A stretch of DNA of 64,000 nucleotides. It comes from Neodothiora populina (Eukaryota). This document shows positions 28,620-40,122 of this stretch, one piece after another. Location: assembly GCF_041146345.1 (NCBI RefSeq), contig NW_027191413.1, positions 434,001 through 498,000 of the forward strand, written 5' to 3'. Below the pieces are notes generated by a model that did not search any database, was not told where the DNA came from, and saw only the letters and a program-made list of their open reading frames with translations. The translations under genes and the position numbers were made by a program. Each line of letters begins with the position of its first letter. The first letter of the stretch is position 1.

Positions 28620-31600
28620 TCAATCGAGGTCCATTGGTTTATCGACCAATTCGACCCCGCGCACGGGTTCTTCGGCTTCGTCTTCTTCTTCGCCGCCTGC
28701 TTCCTTGACGGCTTCCTGCTCGGGCTTCTCGTTCACGTCCACGGGGCTCGCCACCACCACCTCGCTGGTCGGGCCCATGACTCCGCCTGCGGAGTTGGGC
28801 ATCGATGAAGCTGTGCCGACGCTGCCGACGCTGTCTCTCTTGGTGAGAGAGTCGCGCTTGGCGATCAGGCTTTGGCGCTGGAGGCCTCCCGTGGGGGCCT
28901 TGCGGAACGGTCGTGCTGCTGCGGAGCGGCCGAGCGAGTTGCGCTTGTCGAGTTCGACGTGCGCTGACCCTGCTTCCGAGTCGCCGTCGGCGCTTGATGC
29001 GTGAGCCATGTAGTCGGGAGTTTCGTTCTCGCTGGCGCCTGGGGTCACGATGGTCGTGCCGTTGGTGTCGCTGCGTGGTCGCGTCTTGGGTGTGTCGTCC
29101 TGTTCGAGCTGCATCGCTAGTGGCGTGCCGTTGGTCTTGGGTGGACTTTGTGGGCCGGCGGGTGCCCTCTGGGGAGAAGCGGGGACCTCGAGACTGCCCC
29201 TGTTTGTTCGGTTGCTCGTGGCTGCGCCTGGTGCGGCGACGGGGAAGCGTGTCTGAGCGCTGGCACTGCGGTCCCGACGGTGAGCTGTGGGTGAGGCTAC
29301 AGATGCCTCAGTGCCGGATGAGTTTCTCATAGGGCTTGCTGCGCGACCTCGCCCTTCTGCGGCTGCAATGATGGCGCGTTGGCGCTCCTCAAAATGTTCG
29401 CGACGGCGACTCTCGTCTGTACTGATTGCACGGGGTCTCTGGGCGCCAGAGTTGGTGTGCGTCAGCGAGGATTGCCGCTTAAGCTCCCCAAAAATGGCAT
29501 TCTTATGTGCAAAAAGATCTCGGACGAGACGCACGTTGAACTTTTCGGCCATTGAGAGCGAGTTTTCTTGCTTCGGCCTGAGGACACACGGAGCCAAGGC
29601 GGAAGCGAGCTGGGCGACGTACGACTCCTCTGCCGAAGTGAGCTCAATCAGGCGGGTGAAGTGGGTCATGATGGCATCGAGAGTGGCAATGTTAGCAAGT
29701 CGGAGCTGTCCAAGTGTGCTCTGGATGACTGTTATGCGTGCGCTTTCAGAGGTGTTCGGTGCAGTGGTCGTGTAGATGGTCTTGACAATCTCGTAGACGT
29801 GCGAGGACACAAGAGAGTCTGGAAGCTCGAGGAGGTACAGTTTGAGCACACTCGCGACAATGGGAATGTCATAGTTTTCCAGGAGATCGTGAGGAATAGC
29901 TTTGCCGGTATTGATGGTATTGCGAAGGTGGTGAGTCGCTGCGAGGGGCACATCGACGAGCCATATCTGTCGACGCGCTTCATCGCCTTCCAAGTCGGGG
30001 TAGTCTACCACGGTCAGCATAGGGGCAATGGCAAAGAGCAGTTGTCGAGATACTGACGATTATCCAGGAAAGTCAACAGTGTTGTCACAACTAGCGGCAC
30101 CCGCTTTCGATCCGAACGTGCGCGCGCCTCAATGTCAACGCCAAATGTTTGTTCTGTTGTCTCGTCAGCTCAGAGAGTCCTGTGCCAATCAGATGCAATT
30201 ATCATACCATCAACATTGTTGTAGTAGTTCTCGTAGATGGTGACTTTCGGCACAAACGGCCCAGTGCGATAGTTCTCCAAGAGATAGCGTAAATCGCCCA
30301 GAGGCTGCACGGTCTCCTGGAAAAGCATCATGTTGTCGACGGTGCTCTGCAGGCTCGGAATGACGTTGCTGACAGCACCGGAAAAGTCAAGAATGACGCT
30401 CTTGATGGCCTTTAGCCTGTCGAGCTCGCATCGCTCCATGAATTTCAGATGGTCCACCATGGCCTCTTCCAGATTACAGCGAAGAGCATCAAGCTTACGC
30501 ACGGCAGCCTTGTATCGCTCGTCTGCCTCGCTCGCTTCTCGTCTCAGCTTTCCGGCTGGCGTCTCGTTCGGGTGGGCATTGTTCAAAGGATTCCAGCCGG
30601 CAAGGATGTCTCCCACAGCGCTGATTTTGGGGGAGTCGGGAATGGATGTCAGAGAAGAGATGGTGTTGGATCTGCCAAGCGGGCCGGTCGCAGCACTGGT
30701 AGGCGTCCTCTTCTCGGGGAAACCAGTGATTTGAAAGACCTTTGGTCGCCATTGGTAGTTCATGCGGCTGCTGTTGGCAAATGTGCTTCCCACATTTCCA
30801 ATCAGTCTCAAGAAGCCCTTGTCGACCAAGTCCTGGCCGATTCGTTCGGCATAGCTGATGCTGGTTCCGTTCATGTGTTTCTGGATGTATTCGGTGATGT
30901 CGGCGCCCGAGGAGACATTCTGGTATGTGCCCAGGATGGGGACTTTGGCGTCCCCGATCTTGATGTTCTCCAGCATGTGAGTCAGGATCTTCTTGACTTG
31001 CTCGGGCATGTATGTCTCGTCTCCAATGTCAATCGGCTCCGGCTCTTCCTCGTCGTCGGGCTCCGAGAGCTTCACTGTGGGGATGGTGGAATTCGATCTG
31101 GGGCTCGAGGCAGCCTCGCTCTGGGGATCTTGGAAGGCCAGCTTCTCTTCCTCGTCGAGGTCCTCGACGCGGCGGCATTTGTTGTAGTATTGGCTGCGAT
31201 AAGTGCGCACCGTGTCGGCTTGTTTGTCGTGCACCTTGATTCGGGCCTGGAGATCATCGTGCGAGTTCTGGACCCGGAGGGCGTGAGCCTCGCACCATCG
31301 TCCAAAGGGATTCACGACGAGTTCGCGGATGTTGGATGCGATTTTCCGGTGGTTCTTGGCCGCCTCAATCATCTCGACTCTCACGCCATCGTAGGCCTGG
31401 ATGGGTGTCACTTGTCAGTGTGATAGTCAAGGTAGTGCAGCGCGATCAACACACCTTCTTCAGACTTGCGCCGTCATCTCTTGCGAATCCTCCATCGACC
31501 TTGAGTGTCGCAACTTCAATCTCTCCCAGCTTCTGTCCGTACACATCTTCTGCCTCGGCCCGCATGCGTGCTATCAGGAGGATCTGCTGGTTCTCCTGCA

Positions 31601-31748
31601 CACCCTGTTGGAGTTTTCCAAACAGTACCCCGAGACCTAGATCGTAGTCAGCATCTTTGTCTTGATGATGTTTTCCTGTCTGGTTCAAGTGTTTACCTCC
31701 GGCATAGCTCTGATCCGAAGACCAGAACGCTGCAGCAAAGCTGGACAT
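28620..31748 (-). CDS. RGD2: F-BAR(FCH)/DEP/RhoGAP protein of the Rgd2/Rga8 type (5 exons)
   Basis: MSSFAAAFWSSDQSYAG|GLGVLFGKLQQGVQENQQIL (FCH start), DEP-like AERIGQDLVDKGFLRLIGNVG, and RhoGAP segment QTFGVDIEARA...VASVLKLYLLELPDSLV. Confidence 0.9.
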
Positions 31749-33510
31749 GTTCTCGATGTGGTTGGCAAAATGTGGTTTTGTGTGCGAGTGTGCAAGTTTC
31801 AAATGAGGGACAGTTGCAGGAGGTCGACAGTAGGACGTTGAATCCACAAGAGAGTGAAATGCAAGTGGTCAGAAGCGCTCGTGGCTGATGCAGGCGCCCA
31901 CGAGACGAGCTATAAGTGCCGGGTTGTACAGATGACGTGCAAACACCTTGTTGTGTTGCGAAATGTGGAAAATGAGCGGCGTATACCAGACAGGCAGGCT
32001 TGTGGGGCTGTTTGGCAGAGCAGGCAAGACGCAAGACCAAGACGAGGTAGAGGAAGCAATAAGATGTGGCTCTCACGCTCTCGTCATAGGAATATTCCAG
32101 GATAAGGTGGGAAAGACAAGGTCGCTGTGACCAAAGGTATGGGACTCTTGGAGAATATTCACTGTATCCGTACAGAAGACTACAATAGAATGGTGTATAC
32201 AACACTTGGCAGGCAACGCAACACGACGCAACGCAACAATGTGCTATGCTGCACTGAGACTAAGACCAAGAACTAAGACTCCTTCCCCATCATCTAAACC
32301 TCTAACCGTAATTTGAGGCTTGTGTCAAGACGACAGCCCAGGGCAACTTCACAAGGGTCCGACAGAAGACAAAACTCACTCCCCCCGTTCGGCGATCTGA
32401 ATCTCCACCAGCTTCGCGAACGGCTATGCGTCACTGTGAAACGCTTGTTTTCCTGACGCTCTCTCTCTCTGTATTGTATATTATTTGTACCTTACCTCTT
32501 GCGCCCTGCCGAAAGTATGCTCGATGGGTTTGGTACCTCTCCTGCTTTCACTAGCTCTTCCACAGCAGCGAACACTGTATCCCTGAACGACCAGCCAGGT
32601 ACCGAGCATCAAAGCGAATTTCATCTCATCGCATAGTGGTAGTACCACAACCTTGCAGTGCGTGGACGGCCCAGATGTTGCCTCGAGCGTCTTTTCGGTG
32701 TTTCTATTCATGGCCACGTCCTCGCTCATGGCACCTGTGCACCTGCTGCCGTTTAACTTTATTGTCCAAGGCATTACGTCGTCTCTGCTGGCGGTTCGCG
32801 ATGAGAATAGTCCAGTGAAGCCCGAGCATCCCATGTTTACGCTGAAAGCAATGGCCACGCACTTATGCGAATGCTGGCGGCGCCTCACCCGTTGACATCT
32901 CACGTTGCTCTGCGATCCCGAGTCTTTGCACATATCAATCCGCGACGTCGGTATTGCCCCGCTGCTGATCCATCCTTAGTCCGTGTCGCATTCCTTGATA
33001 GACTTGTGGTGTTGCACACAACAAATGCATACCTACCAGTGAATGATTGACTTGCTGTGACATGTTGATTGTGAACAAAAGAGCAGCAGAGACGAGTGAG
33101 TTGTCTGGCATAGCCACTGTCTATAGCTGCAATACTCTATCCCTAAATGTCTTGGAACGTAGAATCGGGTGATGGCCGTCATCCCCTTTCTGAGATCGTG
33201 CGATGCTAACATCGGTCCGCACAGGAACTGGTCAACACAAGGTCTGAGTATAATATAAGCACAATATCGCGGACACTAAGATAAAGGAAGAAGATCTCTC
33301 CTGAAGATGAAGTAGAGTACTGATTCACCCTGTAAACATAGCGAGTCTACTATCCTCCAGGAGTGATCGCATTCCTGCCGGTATGTAGACAGGGTTGCCC
33401 TCTGGAATAAGCACAGCGTTCGTGATAGGTATATTTGCAGCTATATGAGTTGTGCTTCTAAAGATAGCTGCATCACGTGATGGCCATTCTAGATGTCATA
33501 TGCCTCCCTC

Positions 33511-33597
33511 GGGATTTTGGTCTAGTGGTATGATTCTTGCTTTGGGTTTCTAAATCACACATGCAAGAGGTCCTTGGTTCGATTCCGAGAAGTCCCC
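33511..33597 (+). tRNA. tRNA-Pro(TGG) with about 15-nt intron
   Basis: Acceptor GGGATTT/AAGTCCC, A box TGGTCTAGTGG, anticodon arm CTTGC-TT TGG G-[intron]-T GCAAG, T arm CTTGG TTCGATT CCGAG, and a T-run 4 nt downstream. Confidence 0.95.
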
Positions 33598-33954
33598 GCT
33601 CTTTTTGTCTCTTGCATATCACTTTCTGCGTTGCTCATCTATCTTGTACTGTGGTTGGACGTGAGGACTCGAGGTTGCAAGTGTTTTTGTTCTGATATTG
33701 TACTGGACTGATCCTCGAGAATGGACCAGCGTTGGTGTACCACAAGAGACAACTGTATGGTCAAAGCATGACTGATGATCATTGCTGCCACTGACTAGAT
33801 CGATATTTCTCCATCCTTCAGGTATTTCACCCTCGACACCTGGAATAGGATACTGATAAGTGTGTCCTTAAGGCACTGATACGCTTCCATGATGGAAGGA
33901 GATGGAAAACTATATATTCAGATCTAGTATTGATTTTCTCATCAAAGCTCGTTA

Positions 33955-34046
33955 TCTTTGTTGGTCTAGTGGTCATGATTTCCGCTTGTCATACAGCTTA
34001 CTGTTTACAAGCGCGGGAGACCGGGGTTCGATTCCCCGACAGAGAG
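33955..34046 (+). tRNA. tRNA-Asp(GTC) with about 20-nt intron
   Basis: Acceptor TCTTTGT/ACAGAGA plus G discriminator, TGGTCTAGTGG, TCCGC TT GTC A-[intron]-C GCGGG, T arm CGGGG TTCGATT CCCCG, and downstream T-runs. Confidence 0.95.
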
Positions 34047-34443
34047 CTTAACGTTTTGTTTTTGCTGCCGCCCCACATCCTCCCCTCTCTCACTCACCCT
34101 CTGCTTTTGCCTCTCCTGTACTCGAACTCGGGCACAGTGTCGCTACAACCACTTGAATAATCCTTGATTTACTTTTATATTTTTGTATCCAGGACAGCGC
34201 GACTTGATTTGAAAATACGGCTTTCATGTACAACATTGCCGCTGCGTCGAAGCGAGCAGCGCTCAATCACAACGCTCAGTATAGCAAGCAAGAGACAAGA
34301 CCACACGCCCGAGGAGCAAGGAGGAGGGAGGAGCCAGCTGTCATCTGAGCCTCAAATAGTCAGCCAAAATACAGCGACGGACCTGGCACAAAACGCAAGA
34401 GTCATAGAGTGCCTCAGCCGCGGACTCCTCCATCGAATAGCCT

Positions 34444-34515
34444 GCCCGGCTGGCGCAATGGTAGCGCGTCAGACTTCTAATCTGAAGGCTGTGGGTTCGA
34501 GCCCCACGTTGGGTG
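34444..34515 (+). tRNA. tRNA-Arg(TCT), intronless
   Basis: 72-nt cloverleaf: GCCCGGC/GTTGGGT acceptor, TGGCGCAATGG A box, TCAGA CT TCT AA TCTGA anticodon arm, GTGGG TTCGAGC CCCAC T arm. Confidence 0.95.
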
Positions 34516-34521
34516 CTTCTA

Positions 34522-34579
34522 CAATTGTCACAAATTAGTGGTTGCCTAGGTCAGCGGGTTAGATTCCCGCATTCAGCCA
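34522..34579 (+). pseudogene. 5'-truncated tRNA-Asp(GTC)-like remnant directly behind tRNA-Arg
   Basis: CAA TT GTC A [caaattagtg] G TTGCC, then T arm GCGGG TTAGATT CCCGC and an acceptor-like 3' strand TTCAGCCA. No 5' acceptor strand or D arm is present. Confidence 0.6.
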
Positions 34580-34587
34580 ACGATACA

Positions 34588-34593
34588 TTTTTT
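34588..34593 (+). terminator. Probable RNA polymerase III T-run terminator for the tRNA-Arg unit
   Basis: First run of four or more T downstream of tRNA-Arg (T6); it lies after the tRNA-like remnant. Confidence 0.6.
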
Positions 34594-34931
34594 GTTTCTT
34601 ATTTTGTTTCTATTTTTGATTTCTCATCTGGTAGTGGTGTTGCTCGTATAAGTGAACTAATTATTGATCTTATCGCGAAAGTCCACAAAATCGTATATTG
34701 AATTCTTTCCATTTGTGATCACACTTTGGTACGCCTTTCCTCAGGAGTCTCGCCTCCACTCGCCCACTACCAGCAATTTGACAGGTATAGTAGTATTACA
34801 TGCTTGCTATCCTAAAGTACTTAATTGATGTCGTAAATCATGAATGATGTTTTTGCGTCCTCTTCTACCCTCAGTCCTACATTTCTGAATTGCAGACAGC
34901 CACCCATACCGCCTTAAGCAGAAAGTCATGC

Positions 34932-37763
34932 TTAGAACAACCCTTCCGTAACTTCATCAAGCTCTTTCCTCCGCTCAGTGTCAATCACGCTGTCGAGCCA
35001 GCTCTCCGCTTTGACAGCGATCAGCTCCCATACGCCCTCCAAATCTCGCATTTCTGTATTCTTTCTCAGGAAACGAAGCACTAGTACCGTCATGCCAATA
35101 TCTTCCTCCATTTTCCAGTCCTCACTTCTTTGCGCGTTAGTGCTAGATGCAATGAGTCCCTCAGGCAGTGCAGATGCAGGTAAGCCGAGCGTAGTCTCTA
35201 CAACAGTAGAGTCCCAGATCCAGCTTCCGGCGAATGACTGAATGGATATGAGGTAGTGTAACAGTTCCAGTGGTTTAGCCGTGTTTAGTACAGGTGGGCC
35301 TGGTGGACCTGATTGTCGGGCAATCGTGTCCACAGTCTTGGTTGAAGGAGGAGGCGGTGGTGAACAAAATACCGCGGGAGAAGGAGCGGCAGGAGGTGGA
35401 GGAAATGCGCTGCCGCCTTGAAGAACTCTGGAGCTTGCCACAAACATCTTCGGTCCAAAACTCAACTGCCGTGCTGGTGATTGCAAAGTATTCCCACCAA
35501 CACTGAAGAGTGCAGATCTCGTTTGAGGCATAGCCATGGTGGCTCCTGGCGAGAAGAGGGCGGATGAAGCTCTGGACCGGAAAGGGAACGAGGTACGTTC
35601 ACGTGAAGGGGTAAGCCCAATTCTCACCACGGGATTGTGTTCGGGCGTGACTTCGAGAGTGAATCTCTGATTACGGTCCTTTATAACATTATTGTCCTTT
35701 CCTGCGGGTGCAGACTCCCTCTCCTCGACGGCGACCATGGAACACCATTTATTGGGGACCTGATATTTGAGGCCAAGACGAACAGCCTTCCTTTCAAACA
35801 TTCTATCGGCCCGAGGATGCTGGAGAACAGGCATTCCATCAACAAACATAGTCTCGAAAGAGTCTCTGCCTTCTTCTAGCTCCTTGATAAGGCAGCGTGC
35901 AGCAAGATGATGGATTGTACTGCCTCTACTGATACCTCGGATGGGAATGACCAGCTCAAGTGGCCCATGAGGCGATTTGGCGCGGAGGATCACTGAAGTG
36001 AATGATCTATCCTGCCCATCTTCGATCAGCAGGTAAACGGTAGTACGATTGAACATGAAATATGGCGAGCGTGTTCCTGGGGCCTGCAAGATAGCTGGTT
36101 CCGGTCGAGCTTGGTCATAGTTATATCGATCTTCGGCGCTTGACCCGATCGATGCGTCTGCGTCGACACTACTGTCGAACATGCTCTTGGGCATCGGTTT
36201 CGTGGCTCCTTCGTCGACGTGGGAGCCAATGCCGCTCTCCGTTTCGGGAACTTCGATCTCACGTTCGACAAGCTCGAAATCATCGACGGTACTCTCGGAA
36301 TACTGAGGTTCGATGGTGAGGTCACTGATGCGAGGTCGTAAAGCCGCCTTGAGCATGCGGACGATCTTCTGATCCATCGCTTCACCATCAGTGACAAATT
36401 GAGAAAAGCCATATCCTGCACGGGCCGCGCGCTCAACAAGGGTGTAAGAGCAGTCCTGCCCAATACCAAGGGTGAAAACACGAGCACCTGCACGTTCGTT
36501 TGCACGTTGCCGGATGAGTTTCATAAGCTCGTCTTCTCCCGTGATCTGCCCATCTGTGAGCAAGATGACTTCGAGTGGTGTATCTTCCTGGCGCCTGTCA
36601 AAAACTTCCTTGACAGCGGGAATCATTTCGGTACCTCCCATGCCTGCATCAAAGTTATTCACAAACGCGAGAGCCTCTTCAGCATCCTCTGAAGAGTAAA
36701 GTCTGCTATGCTCCCACAACAAAGTGTGTTCCGTGCCGAAAGCACATATGTTGAAGCGAACGCCAAGTGGAAGAGACTTGAGAAATGTTACAAGGGCTAA
36801 GACCAAAGCAGTGTTGTTGTCACCTTGCATGCTACCACTCTGATCCGCAACAAAGACAACCTCCGGACGGTAAGTAGGCATATCGAACCTTGGCACGAAT
36901 GTGGCTATAAGTGCTCGAGAGTTGGGTAATGAGGGGTGGCGTTCAAGCGTAGCTCTGGGTGCATCAAGGTCATCGATAAGTACTTGTAGAACAAAATCTG
37001 ATGACAGCTCTGCTGTGTTGCGAGTTAGAGTAACAGAGGCTTTAGACGACTGAGATTCTGTCTCTCCAGGATCGTTGTGGAGACTACCGATGGTGACGGA
37101 AATAGGATGGTCTTTTGACGGGGACTGCACTTTGCGAATCGCACAGCCCTCCATATCGATGTCTACGACAATCTCGAGGCTGCTCTTCGTGATGGCATTG
37201 TGAGACTTGAGGAGAACTCCCGGGTAAGCACCATAGCGAGGACATATGGACGTCGGCAGAGTGTACCGAACGCCGTTCACTCCCGCATCATGCTTGAGTT
37301 CACCCGCATAGGTGATGTTAATGACTACTTCCTGGTGTGCTTGAATATTGCCAACGGTTGCAGCAAACAATCCAAAGGGAAGTGATTCCAGAAGACCAGC
37401 AGACTGATTTTGGTTGATTGCAGTGCCGAAGGTTTTACGAGCTTGATCTTTCTGCTCGACTTGTCCGCGAAAGGACACCTTGCCAATGGTACAAACAAAA
37501 GAGGTAATGGCTACACCATCGTATAGTGGAAAGATATAGCGTACTTCCTTGATAGTCTCTGAAGTGGGATTGATGAAGGTCTGGCTGAGATCTGTGATAG
37601 AATAGAGTGGATACAGCGTAGCGTTAGACTTCAAGGCTACCTGAGGAAGGTAGTGGCGGTGACCCTCAGGACTGAAAGTGTCAGTTGTGTAGTAGCATCC
37701 GCTGATATCGCGGAGTGTCGCGGTTCCAAAGGACGGGTGGTTGTGCCGAGCTCCGAATAACAT
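34932..37763 (-). CDS. VIT + von Willebrand factor A domain protein (VWA5A-like)
   Basis: Intronless 943-aa ORF. VIT segment LSQTFINP...EVRYIFPLYDGVAITSFVCTIG, MIDAS motif VFVADQSGSM, GGTEM, ILLTDGQ, RVFTLGIG, and C-terminal LISIQSFAGSW. Confidence 0.92.
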   Translation of the reverse strand: MLFGARHNHPSFGTATLRDISGCYYTTDTFSPEGHRHYLPQVALKSNATLYPLYSITDLSQTFINPTSETIKEVRYIFPLYDGVAITSFVCTIGKVSFRGQVEQKDQARKTFGTAINQNQSAGLLESLPFGLFAATVGNIQAHQEVVINITYAGELKHDAGVNGVRYTLPTSICPRYGAYPGVLLKSHNAITKSSLEIVVDIDMEGCAIRKVQSPSKDHPISVTIGSLHNDPGETESQSSKASVTLTRNTAELSSDFVLQVLIDDLDAPRATLERHPSLPNSRALIATFVPRFDMPTYRPEVVFVADQSGSMQGDNNTALVLALVTFLKSLPLGVRFNICAFGTEHTLLWEHSRLYSSEDAEEALAFVNNFDAGMGGTEMIPAVKEVFDRRQEDTPLEVILLTDGQITGEDELMKLIRQRANERAGARVFTLGIGQDCSYTLVERAARAGYGFSQFVTDGEAMDQKIVRMLKAALRPRISDLTIEPQYSESTVDDFELVEREIEVPETESGIGSHVDEGATKPMPKSMFDSSVDADASIGSSAEDRYNYDQARPEPAILQAPGTRSPYFMFNRTTVYLLIEDGQDRSFTSVILRAKSPHGPLELVIPIRGISRGSTIHHLAARCLIKELEEGRDSFETMFVDGMPVLQHPRADRMFERKAVRLGLKYQVPNKWCSMVAVEERESAPAGKDNNVIKDRNQRFTLEVTPEHNPVVRIGLTPSRERTSFPFRSRASSALFSPGATMAMPQTRSALFSVGGNTLQSPARQLSFGPKMFVASSRVLQGGSAFPPPPAAPSPAVFCSPPPPPSTKTVDTIARQSGPPGPPVLNTAKPLELLHYLISIQSFAGSWIWDSTVVETTLGLPASALPEGLIASSTNAQRSEDWKMEEDIGMTVLVLRFLRKNTEMRDLEGVWELIAVKAESWLDSVIDTERRKELDEVTEGLF

Positions 37764-38759
37764 TGTGTGATGCTAGAGCATCCAGCAGTAAAGTATCAGT
37801 AGATAGACCATAAAGAACTTATATATAGTCCTGTATAGCTAACCAGGGTGTTATAGTGACAGGTGAATCTGCGGAGTACTTATTAATCTTGCTTTAGGCA
37901 CGGTAAGGTACAGTATGTACTTGGCTGTTGCCTAACAGCTGCCTGCGAACTCTCTTTTACTTACTAATTATACTTCTACAATTGCTTACAAAACTGCTCT
38001 ACAGTAGATTGTGCAAAGGCTGTGAACATGGAGTACAAGCGTCTTCTAGCTCAATAACACATACACGAGTACAAAAGTGCTTCAGACAGGCCTTGCCTCA
38101 GTCCAGGCAATCTTGAAGTGAATATATACCACGTGAGATAAGCAGAAGCATCGTTGGACTTAGACACTATAGCGTACGTCTAACAAGCTCGGCTGCCATC
38201 CAGCTCGCGTTCATCCAAGGCTATGGCAATATATGACGACATTCACGGTCAGGAGAGATTGTTCGAGACGAAGCACAGCAGCAACGGTGAGAGCCCGAGT
38301 ATAAGGTAAGGTGATACTGTACAGTGTGAAGTACCAGGGCTGTTAGTGGAGATGCCAAGGATGCGGCTCTGGCGGTAGATATAGACTCAGGCAAGACCAA
38401 TTTATGGACACTATCAGTGTCATTGACTTTAAGGACACTATGACATGCGAATGATTCATTTCTGGGAGTCCGAATATGGATAGGGGTTTGTTCATTACGA
38501 TATTCACCACCGACTGATCATACTCTATGACGACAGAAAAGCAAAACGATCCAAAGAAACCTTTCTTATGTGAATTCTTTTCCATATTATACATTATGAC
38601 AGACCAGTGATGTAGGAAGCCTGACCGTATAAGAAACAATCTGCACCATACCTTATTCTTTAAGACACCTAGATGAACCCCACGCTTGAAAGAGACAACA
38701 TAGCAACATTGAATGACCCATGTAACTGCTAAAAGACCATGCTAAACCACTCATATCAC

Positions 38760-40122
38760 TCATTCATCATCATCATCCCACCCCCATCTCTTTCTGAAAA
38801 ACTTGATTCCATAAACCAATCCCACAAGCACCGGCACTTCGACCAGAGGTCCCACGGTAGACGCAAGCGCCTGCCCGCTACCAGCCCCATAAACCGCCAC
38901 AACGACCGCAATGGCGAGCTCGAAGTTATTGCTCGCGGCGGTGAAGCACTGCACGCACGAGACTCTGTAAGGATAGCCCATCCTGCGCATGAAGAAGGCG
39001 GTGGTGAAGAAAATGAGGAAGAAATAGACGAGCAGGGGCGCGATGACGCGTAGCACGGAGGTGATCTGTGAAACGATATGCAGAGATTGAGAGGCGAAGA
39101 GGACAATGATGGTGTAAAGGAGGCCGAGCAAGGAAAAGGGAGAGATGTAGCGGATGAAGTATCGTTGGTACTTCCTATCGCCTATCGCGGCGAGCAGTGC
39201 GAATCGGGTGACAATGGCTGCTGCGAGGGGAATGCCGAGGAAGGCGGCTACGGACGTGGCGACGGTGGAGTAATCGACTGCTTTTGTCGAGGAGTTGTCG
39301 TGAGAGACGATCTTGATGTAGAAGACGGCCAAGGGTGCGAAGAGAATCATCTGCAGGATTGAATTGAACGCGACCAATATCGCACAGTAATCTCCGTCTC
39401 CGCCTGCTAGGTCTGTCCAGATGAGGACCATGGCTATGCATCTCGCGATACCGACGAAGATGAGTCCTTCGCGGAGGTCTTGACGATCTGGCAGGAACGC
39501 CCATGCCAACCCCACCATGAGCAGAGGTGCAATGATCCAATTCAACACGAAGGAGACGCCGATCTGGATCCATAGCTTGCGTGTTCGGAGCAGTAAATGC
39601 AGCGTCTCGTAGCGGACTTTGCAGAGAATGGGATACATCATCACTAGCAATCCAATTGCTATGGGTGCGGATACGCCTACGAAATGAGCACCCGACAAGG
39701 CGCGGGACGTATTGGGCACGAAGGCACCCAGGATAATGCCGATTGCCATCGCTAGGATAATCCAGAAGACCAAAAACCGGTCGAGTATTGAGAGACCCTT
39801 CAAGGGAGGAAGTTTCGAGAGATTTGGGCGGGTCTGATTATCTTGTGTTGGTGGCGCTGCATCGATGTTACTTCAGTATGTTCCGATATGGTATGAATGA
39901 CAGAAATAGAGGCTGGAAGGAAAAGCAATACTACTCACCATCAGAACACCTCTCAATATCCCTATCATCTCCTCTCACCACACCACCCGCCTTTCCTTTA
40001 AAAGAGCCATCACTCGCAACCTCAGAAGAAGCACTGTATCTCTTATTGTCCCGCACAGCAGGGGCAGCAGTAGTGGCAGCGACGACCGCCTCAGAAGTCG
40101 CACCACGAGTCTTCGACTCCAT
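38760..40122 (-). CDS. ACR3: Arsenite efflux transporter, ACR3 family (2 exons)
   Basis: LSILDRFLVFWIILAMAIGI, IAIGLLVMMYPILCKV, LNWIIAPLLM, GIARCIAMVLIW, FTAASNNFELAIAV, GPLVEVPVL. Exon 1 (MESKTR...) splices in frame through a GTGAGT...GCAG intron. Confidence 0.96.

Noticed and set aside
29940..30160. No obvious GIFR arginine-finger motif in the RhoGAP domain
   Set aside because: The Rgd2/Rga8 type is divergent in this region as far as I recall, and it cannot be judged without an alignment.
30449..31423. 324-aa ORF antisense to the RhoGAP gene, and similar antisense ORFs over URA5, ROT1 and MTR10
   Set aside because: Antisense shadows of real CDS with no domain-like features.
32481..32933. 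150-aa minus-strand ORF between RGD2 and the tRNA cluster
   Set aside because: No recognisable motif, coding-like bias or splice support; probably spurious.
37790..38700. TA-rich spacer as a RIP-degraded transposon relic
   Set aside because: No terminal repeats, target-site duplication or transposase/RT remnants visible.
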